IMG/VR virus record: IMGVR_UViG_3300017917_003822
Span: 124,001 to 188,000 of that record
Strand: one strand, 5' to 3'
Length of the DNA: 64,000 nt
Position numbers and translations under genes: made by a program. The notes under the pieces were generated by a model that was not told where the DNA came from, ran no database searches, and saw nothing but the letters and a program-made list of their open reading frames with translations. Positions 59,147 to 64,000 of this stretch are shown here, piece after piece (within the stretch, counting starts at the first letter, position 1; each line of letters opens with the position of its first letter).

Positions 59147-59638
59147 ATGAAAGTTATATTTTTAGATTTTGATGGAGTTCTTAATGTGATCCCACAGGGG
59201 CATGATGATTTTGGTGGAATATTCCACCCGGAATTTGTACAAAACCTGGAAAGGATCATAGAGGAAACTGGGGCCAAGTTAGTCATCAGTTCATCCTGGA
59301 GACATATGGGTTTGGAGAGACTCCACCAAATGTGGGAACTTCGAGGATATCCAGGAGAAATAATCGGAACAACTCCCGATCTTTGGAGAGGGGTTGAAGA
59401 TGAAGAATTTCACGAAAAGATGGAAAGAGGTCATGAAATACAAGCAATCCTCGATCAATACTATCAAATAACAAATTATGTTATCCTTGATGACGATGAT
59501 GATATGCTACCAACTCAACGAGGTAATTTCGTTAGGACTTCTAATAACATTAATCATCCTGATTGCATAGATATCGGTTATGGACTAACCAAAGAATGTG
59601 CAAATCGAGCAATAAGAATTTTAAATAGACAAATATGA
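59147..59638 (+). CDS. HAD domain protein (Swiss Army Knife RNA-repair-like)
   Basis: IFLDFDGVLN, VISSSWR, RG.EI, YVILDDD. Confidence 0.85.
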   Translation: MKVIFLDFDGVLNVIPQGHDDFGGIFHPEFVQNLERIIEETGAKLVISSSWRHMGLERLHQMWELRGYPGEIIGTTPDLWRGVEDEEFHEKMERGHEIQAILDQYYQITNYVILDDDDDMLPTQRGNFVRTSNNINHPDCIDIGYGLTKECANRAIRILNRQI

Positions 59639-59874
59639 AAAATGCATTTTATTTTTTACTAGGACTTTCACTGATTGTTCTAACATCAGCAACTACAGCA
59701 AGTATTATGACGGTGACACCTGCAAAGCCAAAGTCAGTAATTGTTTTCAGTAGTTATTCGACTGCGGATGTTCGTGATCAAATTAGAGCCAGCAGTAATT
59801 TAGGCTATATTGTTAAATCATGTAACGCAAATTCTGCTGGTGGATTATGGTTAGTTGTAATGGAAAAATATTAA
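59635..59874 (+). CDS. Small secreted or membrane protein
   Basis: N-terminal hydrophobic helix. Confidence 0.55.
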   Translation: MKNAFYFLLGLSLIVLTSATTASIMTVTPAKPKSVIVFSSYSTADVRDQIRASSNLGYIVKSCNANSAGGLWLVVMEKY

Positions 59875-59878
59875 GAAT

Positions 59879-60106
59879 ATGACAGAAGAATTTATTAAAG
59901 AAGCAAAGAATTTCAGAAGACAAATGAAATGGGTTTCTATTATGTGTTGGGTTGCTACATTAGCTTTCATTACACTACCATTTAAAAATCCGAATGCTGA
60001 TTATGATTGGGTTCTTGTTCCAGTTGGAGCGGTCATATTTTCAATCATCTACTTTAGCATGGATTCAAATATCAAAAAATACGAGGAGCTGAAGAAAAAT
60101 GAATAG
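59879..60106 (+). CDS. Small two-TM membrane protein
   Basis: Two hydrophobic segments. Confidence 0.55.
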   Translation: MTEEFIKEAKNFRRQMKWVSIMCWVATLAFITLPFKNPNADYDWVLVPVGAVIFSIIYFSMDSNIKKYEELKKNE

Positions 60107-60365
60107 TAAACAAACATATACCCGAGGAAGCGTTATTGTCGAGAACATCAAGATTGGAGACATTCACTATGAATATGAGTATGGTGTAGTTATTAAGTCG
60201 GAAGTTATCACTCTCCCTGTTCTTAATGAGGATGGACAATACCAATGGAAAAATAAGGTTTTAAGTACCGGTAAGATCATAGATTACATGGTTCATACAA
60301 AATATCAACACTATTCACCAAACTTATATGACTATGAGGCATATAAGGTAAAAGTACAAATATGA
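60099..60365 (+). CDS. Hypothetical protein
   Basis: ORF in operon. Confidence 0.55.
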   Translation: MNSKQTYTRGSVIVENIKIGDIHYEYEYGVVIKSEVITLPVLNEDGQYQWKNKVLSTGKIIDYMVHTKYQHYSPNLYDYEAYKVKVQI

Positions 60366-60679
60366 TGGAAGATAAAAATTCACCGCATAAAATTAAAGTC
60401 GAGAAGCAAATCTATTGGGGGAGAAACAATAGTCCAATTAATTGGAAGGATATCAAGCATCTTCAGCTGGAAGACGATGATGTAATCCGTTCGGAATGGG
60501 TTGAAGATGACAATTTTGATTATCACGGTTATTGGCATACTGAAATTACCCGAATGGTTGAGGAAACCGACGAAGAATTTGAAAAACGTATCACCAGAAA
60601 CAAAAAAAGTGCTGAAGAAATGAAGCAGCGAAGATACGAGAGCTATCTAAGACTTAAAAAAGAGTTTGAGAATGATTAA
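60362..60679 (+). CDS. Hypothetical protein
   Basis: ORF in operon. Confidence 0.55.
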   Translation: MMEDKNSPHKIKVEKQIYWGRNNSPINWKDIKHLQLEDDDVIRSEWVEDDNFDYHGYWHTEITRMVEETDEEFEKRITRNKKSAEEMKQRRYESYLRLKKEFEND

Positions 60680-60980
60680 GGAAAGTAATGAAAATATTTT
60701 ATGTGCTGCCATATGGTTAAAAGAAACTGAAAGAGCACATCATAGACCGATTAACACACCAGGTGGTGTTGTTGTTAGTGGTTTTAGACATGGTCATTGC
60801 ATATCATCTATAGTCTCACTTACTGGAAGGAGACTGCATGAACACGGGGACCATGTACAAGGATTTTTAACCAATAAAAATAGGTTTGTTGATAGAAGAG
60901 AAGGTGCTGAAATTTGGATTAAGAATGGAGGTACACTAAAATATTCGACTGACGAACTATATTCCGAAGATTTGTATTAA
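60666..60980 (+). CDS. Conserved phage hypothetical protein (G.RH...QGFLT...FVDR.E)
   Basis: ILCAAIW, GFRHGHC, QGFLTNKNRFVDRREG, LYSEDLY. Confidence 0.65.
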   Translation: MRMIKESNENILCAAIWLKETERAHHRPINTPGGVVVSGFRHGHCISSIVSLTGRRLHEHGDHVQGFLTNKNRFVDRREGAEIWIKNGGTLKYSTDELYSEDLY

Positions 60981-61271
60981 ATGAAAACACCGGAAATAAT
61001 ACAAGAAGGGTGGGTTAAATTCTCACGATTCAATTGCACTGAAGGATGTATTGATATTTGGTATGGTGATTGTGCTCATAACCCTAATAACAAAATCGAA
61101 CCGAAATGGAGTTTAAACTCCTTTGCAACATTCATTAGATTAAATGGTGAAGGTGAATGGGTTCCAAATGAATACAGAACAGGAATAAAAGGTTTCACTG
61201 GAGAAATGTGTGAAGTTTCAACCTCTCAAGAAATTTGGGATGAATTGTCAAAATATAATTACAAAGAATAA
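60981..61271 (+). CDS. Hypothetical protein
   Basis: ORF in operon. Confidence 0.55.
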   Translation: MKTPEIIQEGWVKFSRFNCTEGCIDIWYGDCAHNPNNKIEPKWSLNSFATFIRLNGEGEWVPNEYRTGIKGFTGEMCEVSTSQEIWDELSKYNYKE

Positions 61272-61765
61272 TGGAAAATAGAACTTATCGAATGTATGGG
61301 TTAGTCCCCTATAATATAAGTCCGATACAGCAAGGTATCCAATTTGGACATGCAGTTGTTGAGTATGGCTTAGAGTTTGGTAGCACTCCAGCTTATCAAA
61401 AATGGGCAAGAGAGGATAAAACATTTATCATTCTAAATGGAGGAACCACCAACATGAGATATGATGAGGACAATCATATTGGTTCTTTAAACAACCACAG
61501 GCAACTGTTGTTCGATAATGGAATCCAATTCAGTAGCTTCTTTGAGCCGGATTTGGGCGACCAATTAACTGCGGTGGTTTTCTTGGTGGATGATAGAGTT
61601 TTTGATAAAAAGACTTGGCCGGATTATGATGGACCTCTCTATATTGACGGAACCCCTGAATACACCGAATACTGGCATTGGAAAATGGAATTTGATGAAT
61701 CGGAAGCGGAAGCTGATCGAATCATATTTCTAAGAGAATTTTTAAAACAATTTAGATTTGCATAA
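61271..61765 (+). CDS. Peptidyl-tRNA hydrolase 2 (PTH2)-like protein
   Basis: GIQFGHAVVEY, KTFIIL.G, FFEPDLGDQLTAV. Confidence 0.65.
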   Translation: MENRTYRMYGLVPYNISPIQQGIQFGHAVVEYGLEFGSTPAYQKWAREDKTFIILNGGTTNMRYDEDNHIGSLNNHRQLLFDNGIQFSSFFEPDLGDQLTAVVFLVDDRVFDKKTWPDYDGPLYIDGTPEYTEYWHWKMEFDESEAEADRIIFLREFLKQFRFA

Positions 61766-62328
61766 TGAAGGTGATATTTCTAGATAATGATGGAGTAATT
61801 TGTCTCCATAATAATTGGGGTGGGCGTTCAAAAAAATGGAAAAAGTTTAAAAAACTTAATCCTGATGCAATCAACGATAAATCCGCACCAGTTGATGTTA
61901 GATTTGATGATTTCGACAAAAAGGCTATTAAGATATTAAATAACATACTCGAAGAAACCGGTGCTGAAATCGTAGTAAGCTCAGATTGGAAACTCCACGC
62001 AAGCCTGGAAGAGCTTGGTGAATATTACGAAGCACAGGGGATCATCAAAAAACCGATTGCGATAACACCAAATCTTGGGGATTTTGATCCGGGCGCTAAT
62101 GATCTATTCATGTGGAAAAGATGGCTGGAAAAAAAGAGAATCCTGGAGATTCAGGAGTACCTGGAAAGAAATCCTGATATAACTCACTGGGTTGCTGTGG
62201 ATGATTTAAACATGAGCCCAGCATCAAACGGGGGATATGGTCTTGAGAATTTTGTACTGACACCCAGATCAACCGAGGGCATAAAACAACTAGGAATAAA
62301 AGAATCAATAATTAAACACTTAAATTAA
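61765..62328 (+). CDS. Second HAD domain protein (Swiss Army Knife RNA-repair-like)
   Basis: IFLDNDGVI, IVVSSDWK, R..EI, WVAVDDL. Confidence 0.85.
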   Translation: MKVIFLDNDGVICLHNNWGGRSKKWKKFKKLNPDAINDKSAPVDVRFDDFDKKAIKILNNILEETGAEIVVSSDWKLHASLEELGEYYEAQGIIKKPIAITPNLGDFDPGANDLFMWKRWLEKKRILEIQEYLERNPDITHWVAVDDLNMSPASNGGYGLENFVLTPRSTEGIKQLGIKESIIKHLN

Positions 62329-62334
62329 AGAATT

Positions 62335-63090
62335 ATGTTTACATTTTTTAAAAAATTATTTAGAAAGAGATCTTTAGCAGAAAGGGAACAAGCACACCTT
62401 TTTGGTAATTCTTCTACCTCCGATGGGTTGGATAGATCTTTCCTTTTTGATTTTAAAAACTATCAATCAGGTTACAGAGATAATAGCAATATTACGGTGG
62501 GCACTTTTCTAATGAGCGGCAGCACTACAGGTGGCGATAACGATAGTAACGACGTGAAGAAAGAGACCAAGAGAAAAATAGAGGTTAAACCAATAGATGT
62601 TCTGAATGAGTTGGAAACTATTCCGACCCCTTGGAATCTGTCCAATCTGGATGACAAGATCTCTATACTGGAATATAAAAGGGATCTAATTACACAGAAG
62701 TACTCAAGAAGAGAGGTTGAAGCGATGATAGAGCGTCTGCAGAACAGAAAAAAATGGCATAAATTTAAAGACTTCTTCACAGGATTCCAAAACACAACCG
62801 ACGAAAAGATCGAGGATCTGTTGGACAAATACGATCTTGTAATGAAAACATCGGATCTTTTTGTACCAGAGTTTCCTGACGAGGCCATAAATATCATGAA
62901 GAGCTACAGTGACAATATGATGAAGCTTTGTAAAAAGAAACCAGTTTTCTATGTCATAGCAGAACCAGATAAATTCAAAAAAGCCTGGGAGAAAAGAGAT
63001 CCAATCTTGCTGGTGCAAAGTCCATTTGGGTTCTATTGGCAGATACTTGGTGCATGGGATAAGGAAATGATACTTTTGGGTGAACTATAA
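62335..63090 (+). CDS. Hypothetical protein
   Basis: ORF ending RDPILLVQSPFGFYWQILGAWDKE. Confidence 0.65.
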   Translation: MFTFFKKLFRKRSLAEREQAHLFGNSSTSDGLDRSFLFDFKNYQSGYRDNSNITVGTFLMSGSTTGGDNDSNDVKKETKRKIEVKPIDVLNELETIPTPWNLSNLDDKISILEYKRDLITQKYSRREVEAMIERLQNRKKWHKFKDFFTGFQNTTDEKIEDLLDKYDLVMKTSDLFVPEFPDEAINIMKSYSDNMMKLCKKKPVFYVIAEPDKFKKAWEKRDPILLVQSPFGFYWQILGAWDKEMILLGEL

Positions 63091-63596
63091 TGAAGAATCA
63101 ATTTGATGATGCATTCTACCCTCTAATATGGGCACACGTACAACAATATCAAAGGTGCGTCAGTGAATACGGGGGGAAGGAAAGAATAACAAAAAAGGTC
63201 AAGGAGTCATTAAACTCGTGTGTTCAGAAATGGTCAGATTTACCAGCAACAATGGCTTCCTCCAGCGTTATTGAATTCTTTAATTCAAAATTTCCTCATC
63301 TCGATCCTGCCAAGATAACGTGGCACCAGAAATACCTTGTTGGCAGAGATGATAAAAAGAGAGGGATGATAGTGTGGGAACACACAACCCCATTAAATAT
63401 ACTTCTCAAGGAACTGATAACAAAGAAAAATCAGAGGGAGATAAATGAATGTATGAATTCATATTCGGGGGTTTGTTTAATTACCAGGGAGGAGGATGAT
63501 AGGTTAAATGCTAGTGGATTTAGATGTGTAAGGCCTGGAGGCTGGGAAAAATGCTACAGTGATTGTGGGATTGAAGTCATCAAGTTGGATATATAA
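63090..63596 (+). CDS. Hypothetical protein, possibly HNH-related
   Basis: WEHTTP...CLITREEDDRLN. Confidence 0.5.
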   Translation: MKNQFDDAFYPLIWAHVQQYQRCVSEYGGKERITKKVKESLNSCVQKWSDLPATMASSSVIEFFNSKFPHLDPAKITWHQKYLVGRDDKKRGMIVWEHTTPLNILLKELITKKNQREINECMNSYSGVCLITREEDDRLNASGFRCVRPGGWEKCYSDCGIEVIKLDI

Positions 63597-63616
63597 TGTA
63601 AATAAAAGATCATAAG

Positions 63617-63988
63617 ATGGAACACATTTTACCATACGAAGCAATCAACGAAGGTGCAGCAGCACTCCCAGCGATGCCTTCTTTTCTCAAATCAGCTGGA
63701 GCTAAACCTACATATGTTCAATACGGAGGTCCGAGAAAAACAAATCAACCACCAAATGCCTGGGAACTAAGGGTACCAGCACCATCCGGGGTTAGCAAGG
63801 AAGAATGGGTAATTACTTTCTTTCCGGACGGATCTTTTAACACAGGGGCAGGATCACAAAAGAATTTTTTAAGAAGTAGCGGTGAATGGAAAGCTGATGC
63901 ATCATCGGATTTTATTTTCGGAACTAAAGCTATCAAGGGGGTTTCTATGAAATTCAACTCGTATATGAGATTGACTCCACTAAATTAA
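63617..63988 (+). CDS. Hypothetical protein with CTS-like N-terminus (MEHILPYEAINE)
   Basis: GATATATA at 63588. Confidence 0.65.
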   Translation: MEHILPYEAINEGAAALPAMPSFLKSAGAKPTYVQYGGPRKTNQPPNAWELRVPAPSGVSKEEWVITFFPDGSFNTGAGSQKNFLRSSGEWKADASSDFIFGTKAIKGVSMKFNSYMRLTPLN

Positions 63989-64000
63989 GAGGCTAATCAT

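Noticed and set aside
4302-63957. Numerous 60-170 aa antisense or nested ORFs in the ORF track
   Set aside because: They lie within well-supported genes and show no motifs or start signals
1-64000. Stop-codon reassignment, as seen in some large phages
   Set aside because: Conserved genes are full length in code 11, and TAA, TAG and TGA all terminate genes at expected positions

Overview
64 kb of a large T4-like (Tevenvirinae-related, jumbo-type) dsDNA phage. Standard genetic code; almost all genes are on the + strand. A Bacteroidota host is inferred from TAnnTTTG -7 promoter boxes, SD-less A-rich leaders, a Gly-resuming tmRNA tag and a DnaK ending FEEVEEK. Contents: a Gly-X-Y Ser/Thr-rich fibre with an intramolecular chaperone; Hsp20/DnaK/DnaJ; repair genes (Nei, MBD4-like, UvsE, RNase HII); a split family B polymerase with a putative clamp; a two-subunit topoisomerase II; NrdAB, ThyA and a second cytosine-type TS homologue; several glycosyltransferases including an Aah/TibC-like heptosyltransferase domain; Adk, a RimK-protease fusion, MgsA, an M42 peptidase, a TROVE-like vWA protein, a PTH2-like protein and a tmRNA. 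Top leads: (1) about nine unrelated proteins, including Adk and RimK, share an N-terminal tag resembling the T4 capsid-targeting/prohead-cleavage signal, and most sit behind one RATATATA promoter; (2) two tandem covarying small RNAs just downstream of the Ro60-like gene; (3) a zinc-ribbon gene whose whole transcript is closed by a ~24 bp 5'-3' duplex; (4) a possible virion O-glycosylation system; (5) a possible cytosine-modification pathway. All protein calls are from motif recognition only; no database searches were run.
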